Shown piece after piece: positions 1 through 13,527 of a DNA stretch of 64,000 bases. The DNA comes from Octopus sinensis (Eukaryota). The stretch is from contig NC_043006.1 of the NCBI RefSeq assembly GCF_006345805.1, positions 29,946,001 through 30,010,000 of the forward strand, given 5' to 3'. A model generated the notes under the pieces. It did no database searches. It was not told where the DNA came from and saw only the letters and a program-made list of their open reading frames with translations. The position numbers were made by a program, and so were the translations under genes. Each line of letters starts with the position of its first letter. The stretch's first letter is position 1.

Positions 1-202
1 CAGACATTTTCTCCCTCGTTTTGCTTTCATCTTGCCTCCGCTGCCTTCACATCTCCCCCTCCCGCTTTGTTTCTCTCTCTATTTCACTTACTCTTCTCTT
101 TCATTACTTCTTCATACATTATCCTACTTCTAACTTTTCTGGCCTCTCTTCCCACTTATTTTTTCCCCTTTATTTCCCTTTATTTCTTCTTTCAGTTCTC
201 TT

Positions 203-206
<4 letters not shown>

Positions 207-280
<74 letters not shown>

Positions 281-288
281 CGTGCGTG
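207..288. repeat. (TG)n microsatellite
   Basis: About 40 TG/CG units; explains track ORFs 21..434 and 67..396. Confidence 0.97.
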
Positions 289-1875
289 ATACTTTCTTTC
301 ATCATACGTTTACTAATTTATCTGTGTTTTTTTTGTTTAGTTTTACTTCAAATCCGCCATTTTCTTTTATCTTCTTTCGGTATCTTTTCTCTTTAGTTGT
401 GTTCCTCCTCCTCTTCCTTCTCCTCCGCAGTTAACATTCCCTGATTATACGGAAGTCAGTCAGTAAATAAGTGGAAGAGGTTCAATAAACTGAACATTTC
501 CATCGGGGAAAATGGACCGAAATAGTCATTTATAGAAACTTATAAATGACCTGATACTTTATTCGGCTCATTTGGAAGCATTTTCTTTTTCTTTTTGCTT
601 TTTATTCCTACATATGCTTTAATTTATTAGACAAACCGATTATTTCTTTTTGTTTTAGAGTCCTGAAGCAAATGAATACAAAGAAATAATAATAGATACA
701 CTAAGTCGATTCATATTAGATTTAAGAGAGCCACTCATGGTCAAGTTAAGTCAGTCAGGCAACATCTAAGCTGAAGGATCACTGCCGCAGTGTCCATCGC
801 TAATACTAATGGTCGTTTCTCCCGTTGATCTGAGTAGAAAACGGAAAATGTGGAAGACAGCGCTGTAAACAACAGATATCTAATTAACTAATATATCGTT
901 CGTTAGCTTCTTGTACTAAGTTCAAGTTCTCCTCGGAACACTGAGAGTATTAACAGGAACCTCGCCAGTGTAATCCTTCCTGGAAAATTTTGTAATGGTT
1001 TTACTTCCATTGTCAACATGAGTGATTTGATGGTTACAAATAACACAGGTTAACGTTTCAAGGAGAAAGTCATGGCTGACAAAGTCGATAGGTAAGACAC
1101 CTACCACCCTCTAGCATGAGCTATAACAAATACACACTTAACTCTCAACAGAAGTAATACTGTATCGAATATATTATATTCGATGTGCGCCGGTGAAGAG
1201 AACAAATTTACTGATTAGAAGTTATATTTCGTTGACGGCCGAGTCTGAGACAGGTTGATATCGATGTCACCCTAACTCATCAGTTTCTCAACCGATCACT
1301 AGCGCATTAGCTACCATTCTTAAAGCAACAAGCAGTGATGGTCGAAGTCTTCACTTTTCGCATCATTAAGCCATTACACTACCTCATTGATATATTCAGA
1401 CAAACCGACGTCAACAGTTAAGTCTTTGTCATCATTTCCCTAATCAATTTGTGACTCAGATCAATGTCATATTATCGAGCTCCACTGTAAACAAGAGCAA
1501 ATGCAGAAGAAACAAATAGAAGAATCTAATGTAGTTTAACCATAGGTATTGTGTGCCGTGGTTGTCGGACCACTCCAGCGCAAACCCACTCCAGAATGAC
1601 AAAGTTAGTAGTCGTCTGGTACAAGAGATAAATTGTATGGACGAACAGAAGAGCAGCTATGAAATAAATTCATTGCTTTACTAGCAACCCAGATACCACT
1701 GTACAGCTCAGCGATTATACTTTAAAATAGTACAGATGAAGACGAGCTTTTACAAGATTTACCGTGAACGCACCAAAACACCTTTTGCCAGACGAACAAC
1801 AGTTTCTGGCAACAATGATGCAAGACTTTTCTGCGTCTGTGTTACATACTCACAGTCACTATACAGACCTACGAC

Positions 1876-1932
1876 TAGTACTACTACTACTACTACTACT
1901 ACTACTACGACTACTACTACTACTACTACTAC

Positions 1933-1980
<48 letters not shown>

Positions 1981-2062
1981 AGCCGCTACTGCTGCTGCTA
2001 CTGTTACTACTGTTGCTACTGCTATTGCTACTATTACTACGACTACATACACACACACACAA
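1876..2062. repeat. Compound microsatellite (ACT)n(AAT)n(GCT/ACT)n(CA)n
   Basis: Read directly; generates the poly-T/N/L/I/S ORFs. Confidence 0.95.
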
Positions 2063-2129
2063 ATGCACACAACGTGAGCGTGCGCTCCTGTGTGTATATA
2101 TATCTATGTACATATATGCGTGTGTTCTG

Positions 2130-2905
2130 CAGCACACTCAGCCATTCTTGCTCCCTGGATGATGAAATATCTTTCAGGCTGCAGAGAGCAACTGATTCCT
2201 TCCGGTCTCTTGAGTCTTGTGTCTGGTCCCAACATGGTATCATAAGGCGAACAAAAATTGCTGTGTACCATGCATGTGTACTGACATCACTCTTTTACTC
2301 ATGTGAGACATGGACCCTTTACAAACGTAATGTAAAGGTCCTTGAACGCTTTCATCAGAGATTCTCAGACAAATTCTGAATGTTGGCTGGACCTTAAAAA
2401 CTCCAGACGCACAGGTCCTGAGGAAAGCTAATATCTCAGGTATTAAGGTGATGGTGCACAAGTATTGGTTACGTTGGACAGGACACCCTATTAGAATAAA
2501 GGATAGCAGGATCCCTAAACAGATGCTATATGGGGAACTTGTTAGTGGAAAGAGACCCCGGCAGAAACCAAGACTGCGATTTAAGGACTGTGTAAAGTCC
2601 TCATTAAAGGCCTGTGAAATGTAGGAGGTTGTCTGGGAGAGCAATGCTTATCATCGGATGGAGGAAACGGGTAAAGGAGGGAGTCGATACCTTTGAAAGA
2701 GCATGTATTCTTCATGAAGAATTTAAGCATGCTGCTCAAAAGCGCACGGCTAGCATAATGAATGGAGATAGCTTGGTCTGCAATGTTTGCAGTCGTATGT
2801 TTGTCAGGAACAGAGCTCGTTAGTCACCAACAGAGCCGCAAGTGTAAAGTATATGGTAGTCTTGAGCGCACCCTGTTCCTAAAGGTCGGTAATGGTTTTC
2901 TTCAG
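2130..2905 (+). mobile_element. RTE/BovB-like LINE, degenerate 3' coding fragment
   Basis: Frameshifted translation LDDEISFRLQRATDSF...LFYSCETWTLY...LRWTGHPIRIKDSRIPKQMLYGEL...CNVCSRMF is typical of the RTE post-RT C-terminus. Confidence 0.85.
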
Positions 2906-3129
2906 TCACGAGTGGACCGCCATCGTGTGTGTGTGTGTGTGGTGTGTGTGTGTGTGGTGTGGTGTGTGTGTGTGTGTGTGTGTGGTGTGTGTGTGTGTGT
3001 GTGTGTGTGTATTCTTTATTTGTAGATTTTCAACACTACTTTAGGTTTCATGCCTTATAATGCGCAGTTCTTTCACCCGACACTTTTTAATCAGTGGAAT
3101 CTGCGGAGAATGTTGATGCTAATCCCATC

Positions 3130-5200
3130 ACCGACAAACGGTAAGACTTTCTGAAAAGAATGAAATCAAATGCATTTTTCTTCCATACAGCTAAGTCCAG
3201 CCCTCACACAGAGGGTAGTTTTGGTTTTGAACCAACCTTATATAAAAGTTTTGGATAGATTCGAAAATGACAAAATAAAATTAGTTAAAAACATAAAATC
3301 AACCACAAAACAAATAGCTTCAAACATAGATTAAAAGACTTGTTTGAACCTTTCGAAAATTCTGCTGATTCATTATTAAAAGCAAACAAAACAAAAAATA
3401 TATATGTGAGGTAGATAGCCGTATACACAATAGATTGCAAGTCGACAACATAACAAAGGCAAAAAAAATTATTAACCCTGGAGTCTCTAAATTAATTAAC
3501 GTTGAAGCAAAGAAAAAAAAACTAGCTATGAAAGTTAACATCGATGATAAAGTTAAACGATTTCTCCCATAAAACCCTTTCGTCATGCTGAAAGATTATA
3601 AAGCCAATTTCATCTAAAAATCTAACTTTAAGAATAAGATAACCTAAATTGAACCAAAATTAGATATGCCAAAAAGAAGTAGACATATGAAAACCCTCCG
3701 TTGCTAGACGATTCCTGAAACGTTTTGACACAAACTTCCCTCGTTCACATAAATATCAGAAGATCCTAAATGGAAATACAGTAACAGTTAGTTATAGTTG
3801 CATCTCCATTATAGGCCTAATTCTCTTCAACCATAATAAGAATGATAACATTAGGAACACCTGACAAAGATTTTGTAACTGTACATCTATGATGACAGTC
3901 CTTTCAACACTTCTTGGAAATGAACTGGTTTACAAGGCCATCATCACTGACATAGACGGGGCCATCACAACTTAAATCGGAATGATGTGTGTGTGTGTGT
4001 GTGTGTTGTGTGTGTGTGTGTTTGCGCGTATGTATCTATGTATGTAAATTTGTATATTCGACAGCGTAGATATCTGCGACTCATCGGCCTCTTTATACTA
4101 GACATCTCAGCTAAGAAACCCCCGTCAACCCACTTTGATCTCAATAGAGATGATTCATCAGTCATCTCTAGAATCGCAAAACGTGCACATCTTGTACAGG
4201 CTTAGGAAAGACCCGGTTCGCATGCTTAACTCTGTAGAGCAGTGCTTTTCAAACTTTTTGCTGGAGCGGAACCCCAAGGAAACATTCCACCGGCTCGGGG
4301 AACCCCTGTGCAATAATTTAATAGTCTTATGCACACATATCTGCACAGGAGAATTAAAAATTACTGCCGATTTTAGCAGTTTTGTAACTTCTTGCGGAAC
4401 CCCTGGACTGTACTGTCGGAACCCTGGTTGAAAACCACTGCTGTAGAGATTAGGTTTACTATAGAGAACAAGCTAACCATAGTAAATTTCTTTGACATAA
4501 TATTCCATTTAGGCACTGGTTCATACAGGCCCTGTCGTAGACCAAATAAAAGGCTGTCGTACCTCAACACACTCTCCTGTCGTCCGCCTTTTGTGTTTAA
4601 AAACCTTGTAAAGTGCGTTAGTATGAGGCTTTCGAAACTATCCTCAAATATCAATGATTTTTGACGCAGCATCCCCTATTACAGCGAGGCTCTGGCAGCC
4701 AGCGAATTTAAAGACCGCATCACTTAGCTCGACGCTAACAACCACAAGAGAACGTGTCATTGAAGTGACCTCTGGTTTTCCCTCCCCACCCAATTTTAGT
4801 CAACGTGAAAACTTGCATAGGAAGGGGCCCTCCTTAGATTAGTAGATAAGCATTTTACACAGGAACATAAGTATAGCAGAATATTCAGTAGACATAACTT
4901 GTCTTGTTCAGCTATGCACTTATCAAAAACATATTAATGAGCACGCCAAGACCCCGGGCAAAGACTGGATGCTCATGTAGTGTTTACAGTGAGTAACCCA
5001 GTGAACGGTCAATGCAAAACAGAACCCATGGTCTATGAAACGGAGGTGGTGTCGTCCAAAAACAATGGAGCTACACGCATACAGAAATATGTCAGGGCGA
5101 TGGAGATTCCCTTTAAGGCCTGGCTGAATAATCACAGCTCCTTGTTTATAATTCAAAAGAGGTGCAATGTTACAACGTTAACCAGGTATATATATGATGA
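3130..5200 (+). mobile_element. Penelope-like element fragments (RT and GIY-YIG regions), interrupted by younger repeats
   Basis: Motifs KANKTKNIY, LKDYKANF, NFPRSHKYQKILNGNTVTVSYSC, TIENKLTIVNFFDIIFHLGTGSYRP and NGQCKTEPMVYETEV...PFKAWLNNH; many stops and frameshifts. Confidence 0.75.
4240..4440. mobile_element. hAT (Charlie-like) MITE, 201 bp
   Basis: Ends CAGTGCTTTTCAA and TTGAAAACCACTG; exact 8-bp TSD CTGTAGAG at 4232-4239 and 4441-4448. Confidence 0.9.
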
Positions 5201-5346
5201 TTAAAGGAAGAAGTAATGTCGTACAAAATCAACTGAAAATTGCTGAACTAAAATAGCGAAATATTTGGATGCTGACCTCAAGAGCGGAAATTTGTTTTGA
5301 CGATGTGGTTTCCCCATTTTTGGGCTTGTCAAACACATACATGTAT

Positions 5347-5384
<38 letters not shown>

Positions 5385-5409
5385 ACACACGCGCGCGCGC
5401 GCACAACTG

Positions 5410-7140
5410 ACACGCTTTAACCATAATTTTCATCATAGATTTCTCTTAGAAGAACAAAACCAAGATTATTTATCCAGATTGCCCTTCAGCTTTAAAACCA
5501 GTTGCTCATGCTGCTGAAAATATTCCAATTCCAGAACCTCCTTCATCTTTTGGCAATGATAGTTTAAGTGAAGAAAGTACTGCATCTACTTCAATTGATG
5601 GCGAGCCGAGTGATACGGCAGATCACCGTGATGAACAAGGATCTTCAAAAAAAGCTCCTCATTTATTAAATCAACTTAAGTTAAATGATTTAGTTAGAGA
5701 CTTGGGTTTAACAAAAGAAAAGTCAGAACTACTCGGCTCCAGGTTGAAACAATGGAAACTTTTACACGATGGTGTAAAATGCTCGTTTGGCGAAAACGGC
5801 ATACAGAATTGCATGAATTTTTTTACGGAGAAAGACGGCATTTGTTTTTGTTGTGTTGTTGAAGGACTACTACGTGAGATGAGATACGGCCATAATCCTG
5901 AAGAATGGAGACTCTTCATAGATTCCAGCAAAGCAAGCCTAAAAGCTGTTTTGCTGCATAATGGCAATCAAAAACCTTCAATACCATTAGCACATGCTGT
6001 AGGATTAAAAGAAACTTATGAATCAATGGATAAAATTTTGCATTTGATTAAATATTCTGAACACAAGTGGAATATATGCGGGGACTTGAAAGTTATTGGT
6101 TTGCTTCTTGGGTTGCAAGTGGGGTGTACAAAACATCATTGTTTTTTGAACCTTTGGAACAGCAAAGATGGCGAGTATCACTATGATCAAAAGGAGTGGC
6201 CAAAGAGAAGTGATTTCACCCCAGGAAAATACAACGTTAAATTTAGTTGACCCTCAGAAAATTTACCTTTCTCCCTTACACATTAAACTTGGCTTGTTTA
6301 AGAATTTTGTGAAGGCCATGAATGAAGACGGTGTAGGATTCAAATATCTCAGTGAAAAATTCGTTTCTAGCAAGAGTGGAGCTAAGATCAAAGCTGGTGT
6401 TTTTAATGGACCAGAAATTCGCACACTATTTTGTGATGAGCTTTATCAAGAAAGATTAAGCCCAGTAGAGAAAACTGCTTGGGAAAAGTTTATTTCTCTT
6501 GTCATAAAATATTGGGGAAATGAAAAATCATCTAACTACGTTGCAATTGTGAATGATTTTTTTTGAATGCTTATAAGCAACTTGGGGCAAGAATGTCTCT
6601 AAAATTCATTCTCTCCACTCTCATCTTGACTTTTTTCCACCAAATACGGGTGATGTAAGCGATGAGCATGGTGAATGATTTCATCAAGAAATCAAAGCGC
6701 TAGACAGTTGCTACAGTGGCAGACTTACACCAAACATGCTAACGGACTGCTGCTAGTTTTAAAATGAGAAACAGACATACAACATAAGCGTAAAAGAAGA
6801 CGCCAAAGCTATTTTGGAAAAACATAAAATTAATAATATTCATTTACACTTTTTTTTGTGTGTGTGCTTTATTAGATTTAGAGCTACTTGTCCACCTAAT
6901 TGTTATTGTTCTTATACCAAATAACGGTAATTTACGTTTAACATAACATTCATTTTATTTGTCATGAATTTTCACATTATTGTAATTTTGATTGCAGTAT
7001 AATAATGATAGCGCAAAAACGTGACGTGCTAGAGCAAAAATGATTGCAGCACTTCCAAAGTACCAATGAGCACCATTTCATCTAATAGCAAGATCAAACA
7101 CTTACCGGAGGCGCAAATGAGATTGATGGTCACACTTTCT
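5410..7140 (+). pseudogene. DNA-transposon transposase pseudogene, Chapaev3-like (CMC superfamily)
   Basis: Frameshifted ORFs 5702..6250 and 6168..6566 plus flanks give YPDCPSALKPVAH, LLGSRLKQWKLL, WRLFIDSSKASLKAVLLHNGN, ICGDLKV, LHIKLGL and HSHLDFFP...VSDEHGE. The family assignment rests on motif recall. Confidence 0.72.
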
Positions 7141-7383
7141 TAAATAACTATTCAAAATTTTAGTCTCCAAACAACACCCAAAATTTAATAAACTGCATCA
7201 GATAAACATTTTTATACTGAAGTTAAGGAAAGAAATCTTTCAAAAATTTGGCCTGAAATCTCGGTTTTGCAAATCAAAATAACAATTGCAAATATAAATT
7301 CTCGTTTACAAACTTTGACCACCATGAGAGAACGAGGATATTGACAAAGCTCCTTTGTCGAAAGAGAGAAAATATTTTCAATG

Positions 7384-7826
7384 AAGGTCGTCGTCAACTT
7401 ACGACGATTGGCGTGCCAGCTCCCAGTAGCAATAATAAATAGTCTAGTTGAAATTTAATAGGTTAGAAATTAACCCATCTACAGACGATGTCAGCTAACA
7501 TACGCTTCCCCTAGGTTTGGTTATCGATCGTTACAGTGGTTATCCCAAGTGTTGGAGGAATATCCTGTCGCGGAGACATCGAGGCAAACCTCTATCTCTT
7601 ATTATAATTTGTTTATAAGACGACTGTTTGAGACTCCGAAATTTTTGACTAACGCCAGTATAATAGTATCATACAGAATGCTGTGTGTGACTTTTACCTG
7701 AGAATATACCTTAAGAATGTAAAAATATAAAACAAAGCCATGAAGACCTATAGGCCGACTTACGACCAAATCCACTAACGACCAGTCAGTCGGAACCAAT
7801 TGTGGTCGTAAGTCGACGACGACCTG
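7384..7826. mobile_element. Tc1/pogo (Tigger-like) MITE
   Basis: Imperfect terminal inverted repeats (A/C)AGGTCGTCGTC(A/G)ACTTACGAC; right end followed by TA; left end degenerate. Confidence 0.65.
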
Positions 7827-7899
7827 TATTCACAACATCATTGAGATGATGGATTTTTACATGATCATACACAGAATTTTGTCTAAAAGGGTTATGATT

Positions 7900-8070
7900 T
7901 ATCTTTTACTTGTTTCAGTCATTAGATTGCGGCCATGCTGTAGCACTGCCTTGAAGGGTTCAGTTGAACAAATCGCCCCTGGCACTTTTCTTTAAAGTCT
8001 GCTACTTAATCTAGCGATCTTACTACCTAACTGCTAATGTATGGAAACGTAAACAAACCGACACCGGTTG
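7900..8070 (-). mobile_element. tRNA-derived SINE family A, 3' part
   Basis: cttttacttgtttcagtcattagattgcggccatgctg matches the 3' end of the full copies at 20810 and 53443. Confidence 0.7.
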
Positions 8071-9239
8071 TCAAGCAATAGTAAGGTTTGAACACACACA
8101 TACACGCACACAGGGTGTTCGGTTAAATTTGACGATTTTTTTTATGTCTGCTCTGGAGAGCATAAAGATTAAAGTTGTTGAGAAATAGTTGACATGGAAT
8201 ACTGGAAGCCATCTAAATATTGGACACACAGATATTATTATTTTTTTTTTCAGTTTACCAATTGACGTTCTATTATTTAGCCTTCTAAGTTTTTGGTGCA
8301 TCTGTCACATCTAGATGAAAGTTACATCCTAGGCTGTCAGCAGCCTATTTCTTTGACGCTTTAAAATTACTGTATTCAGTTACAACTTTTCTGAGCCAAC
8401 GAGGGATTCCAGTGGAGTCGTTTAACCAGCTAGAAGAAGCAATTAAGGAATGTAAGGCCGTTGATTGTAGGTCTAACCGATCAGTGTTGATCTGAAGACA
8501 AATAACAGCTTCAGTAACTATTTCGCTTTCCATTCATGGATTCGATCAAAAGTTATTGCATTCAAATTTTGTGTCATAAACACATATACAATAAGAGAGA
8601 GAGAAAGAGAGGAGAGGAGGAGAAAGGCGAGTAAACTATAACAAGCGACGTATTTCTTTTAATCTTCTATTTTACTCGCCTTTCCCTCCTCTGTGCGTTA
8701 CCTTTTCCTGTGATGTTACGCCGATATCTAAGGGAGAAAACTCCTATTTTGTTCTTTCACTTTTTTTTCATTCTTAGTAAAGTTAACAAGTCTTAACCTG
8801 TGATATTACATTGAAACATAACCCCGAAAGTCCTTAAACCACATGAAATTTATGTTTTAAGTTACATTAAATGGTCAAATGGCTGGTTTGAAACAATAAT
8901 AGTAAAATCAGAGTTAACTCAAGGGACGTAACTGTAAACCGACTATCGTACGCCTGGTATATATATATATTATATATATATATCGTATGCCTGGGTATAT
9001 ATATATGCACGTGTGTGTGTAGAGAGAGAGAGGGGGGAGGGAGAGAGAGATAGAGAGACGGGTAGATAGATAGAAAGATAGATGTATCAATCTGCCCCTC
9101 TTATGCTCTTCAGCACAGTGGGCAATAAGCAAACACCATAGGCCTCTGTTGACTGTAATTTTCTCCACATCCAGCCACGGGACATTACTCTCTCTCTCAT
9201 GTCGGTTATGAATGTCCTGCACCATATAGATTTGGAACT

Positions 9240-10800
9240 TCCTTTTTTTTTTCTTCCACACTTCTGGTGATGTCCGTTTGAAAACTTTTAGAATGGCGTT
9301 GTTATGATTGCCAGAGTACGTGACCGGCAAGTTTTAATCTTCGTTCCGTGAGGATTTCAATAAGTGGTCTTGTGTTGGCTCCCTTTACAATGTTTTCAGT
9401 GGTTATGTGGTTTTCCCGGTACACTCAAAGAATCCTGTTCAAGCATCTTTGATGGAACAAAGTACTCTTGACATCGAGAATTGTTGGTAGAACTATGCTT
9501 ATTATACAACTGGATCTTTGTAAGTCAACCATGTTGGAAGAACGTTGTAGACATTCTCTGGAAGACGGTTACAGCTTTGCCAATTCCATCGTTGATTTTA
9601 GTCGCGCAATATCGCCATTGTTACTATTGACGTTATCCAAATAGTAAAATCTGTCGACTGCCTCAATATTTTGCTGATTGACATTTAATGATCGATGCTG
9701 TTTGGTGGTCATTATTTATGTTCATTGTTTTGGTCTTCTCCACACTGATTCTCAGACCAATCTTTCCAAGATTCTGTCTAGTTCTGTTATGAACTTTTTT
9801 GTAAGTTTTTATTATCTTCAGTGAAAAAACACAATGTCATCTGCAAAGTCCAGGTCTACCAGTCTCGTCTATTATTTCCATAGTATTCCTCCATTGGATA
9901 TATTTACTGTTTTCTCTAGGACAAAGTCCACTGCCAGTAAAAACAGGAAGGGCAACAGAATACACCCCTGCTTCACTCCAGTAAAATTGTCAAAGAAGTC
10001 CGTTTCTATTTGAGCAGAGCATCGCAAATATGAAGTTCTTTGAAGATATTAGCAAAATACTGAAGGCTTTTATAATGCAAAGTAATTCTTCAGAGGGACT
10101 CTGTGAACACTATCAAATGCTTTTTAAAAGTCAATAAAATTTACGTTCAGTGCTCAATAGACTGTTCAATTTCTGGGTGAGATTTGCTCAGCGAAAGGGT
10201 GGTAGTCACAAAATCCAGCTTACTCCTTTCATAGCATAGCGTCCACAGCCTCCTTCAGCTTTGCAAAGAACTTCACTAGTCACTGACAGCCCGACCAGTT
10301 ATTACAATTGGATAGGAATCCCTTCTTTAGCAGTTTCACCAATGATTCCCTCTTGCCACTTTCTACTGCTCTCGCTGACAGCCATTTCAGTCACCAGGTT
10401 TCAGTATTTTTGCAGTGATTTGATCCAGCTGAGCCAGTATTGTTTTTCAACCTTTTCATTGCTTGTTGTCTCTTGGCTCATTATTGGATTTTCATCTACA
10501 TCCAGGTCTCTATTATTTGTTGACCAAAATTCTACGGTTCTGTCTGTGTTAGCTGATCTAATGTTTCTCAAAAGTGCTCCATCCCCTCAACACTCTTGCT
10601 CTTCCATTACCACTCCTCCGTTTTCTCTTCACCGCTGTATTTCAGCTAGTCTTTGCTCCAGTTATCTCCCTTGTTATGCAGTATAGATTCCGCGAATCAT
10701 TTTAGATTATTGCTTCTGCCTCGGTGCACTTTTTGTCAAGCCATGACAAATCCATTTTAACTGTCGGTCCAGATCTTGGCATTCTTCCCTACACTTTTCT
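9240..10800 (-). mobile_element. Old RTE-like LINE RT fossil
   Basis: The minus-strand translation contains GVKQGCILPFLFLLAVDFVL (about 9980-9920) and RLVDLDFADDIV (about 9870-9835); many stops. Confidence 0.7.
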
Positions 10801-12129
10801 ATATTTACTTCAAGGCTTCTGATAAAGCAAAAAAAAAAATCTATCAGAACATTTCAGACGATAGTTGTGAAGACCCAGGAGAGCACTTTCAACGACTATG
10901 ATTAAAAGCATTCCAGCCATGGCTATTCCATCTCTTCAGGGCTATGTAAAACTACATTATATGTGACTATTCCTGCAGACAGTAGAGTGATTTTAGAGAG
11001 ATTTTTTTACGCACACAATGCAGAAAACTCACTAGTTTGCACATGATGGTTATTATATCTACCCTCTATAAATAGTTATCTTACCTACAAGCGATTTCGT
11101 TATTTTATTGGGATTCATAGAGTAGGTTTAGTTTCAAATCCCATCAGCACAATTTCATTTTGGATAATACCAGTTTTGGATTAAAGAAACAAAACTAACC
11201 AGGATTACTGTCAGAAAAATCAACATCAAAATATACAACTGCAATTGACAGTCATCATCCTATAAAGAAGTGTCTTAAAAAGAGACGGAATAGTTATGGT
11301 CTTTGATCATAAGTCTGCTAAAAACCAATGAGAAGCTAAAATCTATATTTTTAAGGAATAGGGTACCAGGACACATTTCTAGGAGTGGTGGAACCGACCT
11401 TTTAAAAATAACTACCAGTAATACACTAACCCCATACAATCACATTAAATACACTCTTCAACATTTTCGGTACTTCTCTCTGCTTCCATATTTATTTCAG
11501 TCAATACAACAATTTTCTTTTAGTAAGAAACATAAAAACCATATCCTCCACTACTGTCTTCGCTGATTGATCATTCATTGATCAGTAACTAGAAAATAAT
11601 TATCAAGAAGTATTTATTGCGCTAGCACACAGAATATCTTCAAAATATTTCTTCCTTAGCCTCAAAGTTGCCCTCACTAAATAAACAATGGTCAAAGGGA
11701 TTCCATTAGTGACCATTTCATCTTTGTTCCCGACTACATTAGCCAATTGTAGCCTTCATTTTATAAGAGAGTAGGGTGTTAATTTGAGAGATTTAGCTGC
11801 AATTGCAAGCAGACCCGGTGATCATAGACTCACTGAACTTTTAAAAGGTGGTGAAATGAACTTTTAAAAGGTGTAGAGCACCAGACAAAAAATTTTGAAG
11901 TTATCTTTTTAAAATATTTTAAAAGAATGTGACCAATGGATGCATCAGGTTTGACTCGTTTCCCTAACAAAATTTTAAGCATCCCAAGGATGAGATTTGT
12001 CTACTCAGATCATTAGACTCCATAGAAACATAAAATATTTCACAATTATACATCATTTTAATAGCAGACAATGAAAATAAGAGCTGATATCTTTAACCTA
12101 CCAAAGTCAGTGATTCAACTTTGATTATT

Positions 12130-12350
12130 GTGATCTGAAACTATTTCAGCACAAGACTAGCAATTTTGGGAGAGGAGGCACGTCAATTACAGCAACCCCA
12201 GTATATCGCTGGTACTTATTTTATCACTCCTGAAAGGATGAAAGGCAAAGTAGACTTCAACATATTTTGAACACAACCAAAGACATACAAAATGCTGCTA
12301 AGAATTTTGCCAGGTGTGCTAACAATTCCACCAGCTCACCACCTTAATTA
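12130..12350 (-). mobile_element. tRNA-derived SINE family B
   Basis: ctggtacttattttatcactcctgaaaggatgaaaggcaaagt core, as in the copies at 49585-50280. Confidence 0.65.
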
Positions 12351-13527
12351 ATTATTGATACCATTAATACACCTGGGAACAATGTTTCTATCTTAATCTT
12401 TGTTCATCCAACCCAACAAAAAAAAATTAAAATTTCTTGACTACTTGTAAAAGTAGAATCCCTCTTTTGGAAACAGAAATATTGGATGAATTGGTTAGAG
12501 AGAGAAGCCAAAGAAAAAGAGAAAAGATTATACAACAGGCAAGATGCTGTTGTAAATGTTATTGTAATTCCTGATGTTTAGGGTGCATTTGTGTGTTTGG
12601 AGTGCAAATTTCAAAAAAAAAAAGTTTTAAAAGCTGCAGCTGTCAGTTGAAAGGATGAAGACCTGTAGAGTAAGAAAAATTAGCAAGTTTGGGTCCCAAC
12701 AGCAAAAACGAAGTAATTACAGCCACAAAACAAAATACTCAACCAGCCAACTCACCAAGTTAAAAACTGGTAGCAAGAGATAAATACTGAAAACCGTGTG
12801 GTGCTGCTAACTTGAAATCCTGCTATGGTGCCAACCCTCACTCATTACATCTGATTCAACCAAATGGGAGGTAGGTGAGTACAGAAATTTATACCCAGGC
12901 AAGTAACCACCGCTCAAAAACTACTCAAGTAAATGCATATCAGTTTTAAATGTATTACTTAAGATTTTATTATGATGAAATTATACGATTAATTTTTTCA
13001 ATTAAAACAAATTTGTGAAAACTTAGCCTGTGCTCCGTTTTTTTCTGAGTACCAGGGAAGGTGGTGCCAGACTACAAAAAGATTTTATTTGAAGGAATGG
13101 AAGGTTAAAGACTGGGTTTCCAAAATATCAGGGGAAAAAAACAGTAAAAAGAAAATGATCCTATCTAAAAACTAAATGAAATTATTTTTGTTACTGTTGA
13201 GATGATGACCATTTGAAATATTAAAAATGCTTTTGAGAGCATGAGAAAAGGTAAAGCTAATTTTCAAAAATGCAAAAACAAAGAAAATTATTGTTATGGA
13301 GTGGCAGGTTATAAATTGTGGACACTATATTATACTGTTATATGCAGCAGACACACTGTTGCACATTTTTTTACTGTTAAATGTAGTAGAGATGATCTCC
13401 ATTTATGACAAGAACGTGTTCATAGACATGCATAGAGAAAAAATTGAGAAGATATAAAAATTTTTTATAAAACCCGAGTTAATAAAGACAGGTGAAAGAA
13501 CGGATGTTTTATTTATTTATATATATA

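Noticed and set aside
21-434. 137-aa and 109-aa ORFs with CVCV/VCVC runs
   Set aside because: Translations of a (TG)n microsatellite and a pyrimidine-rich flank.
922-1107. ORF with LETLTCVICNH, reminiscent of a RING/RAG1-type CxxC
   Set aside because: Only one CxxC, no further ligands, and no supporting exon structure.
1330-1860. Possible hAT transposase C-terminal fossil (IIKPLHYLIDIF; FWQQ*CKTF)
   Set aside because: Similarity is too weak to support without a profile search.
1736-2162. Overlapping ORFs with poly-T/N/L/I/S
   Set aside because: Compound trinucleotide microsatellite.
13260-13460. QVINCGHY suggesting a Ulp1/SENP protease near a SUMO gene
   Set aside because: No catalytic His/Asp context or open frame; chance resemblance.
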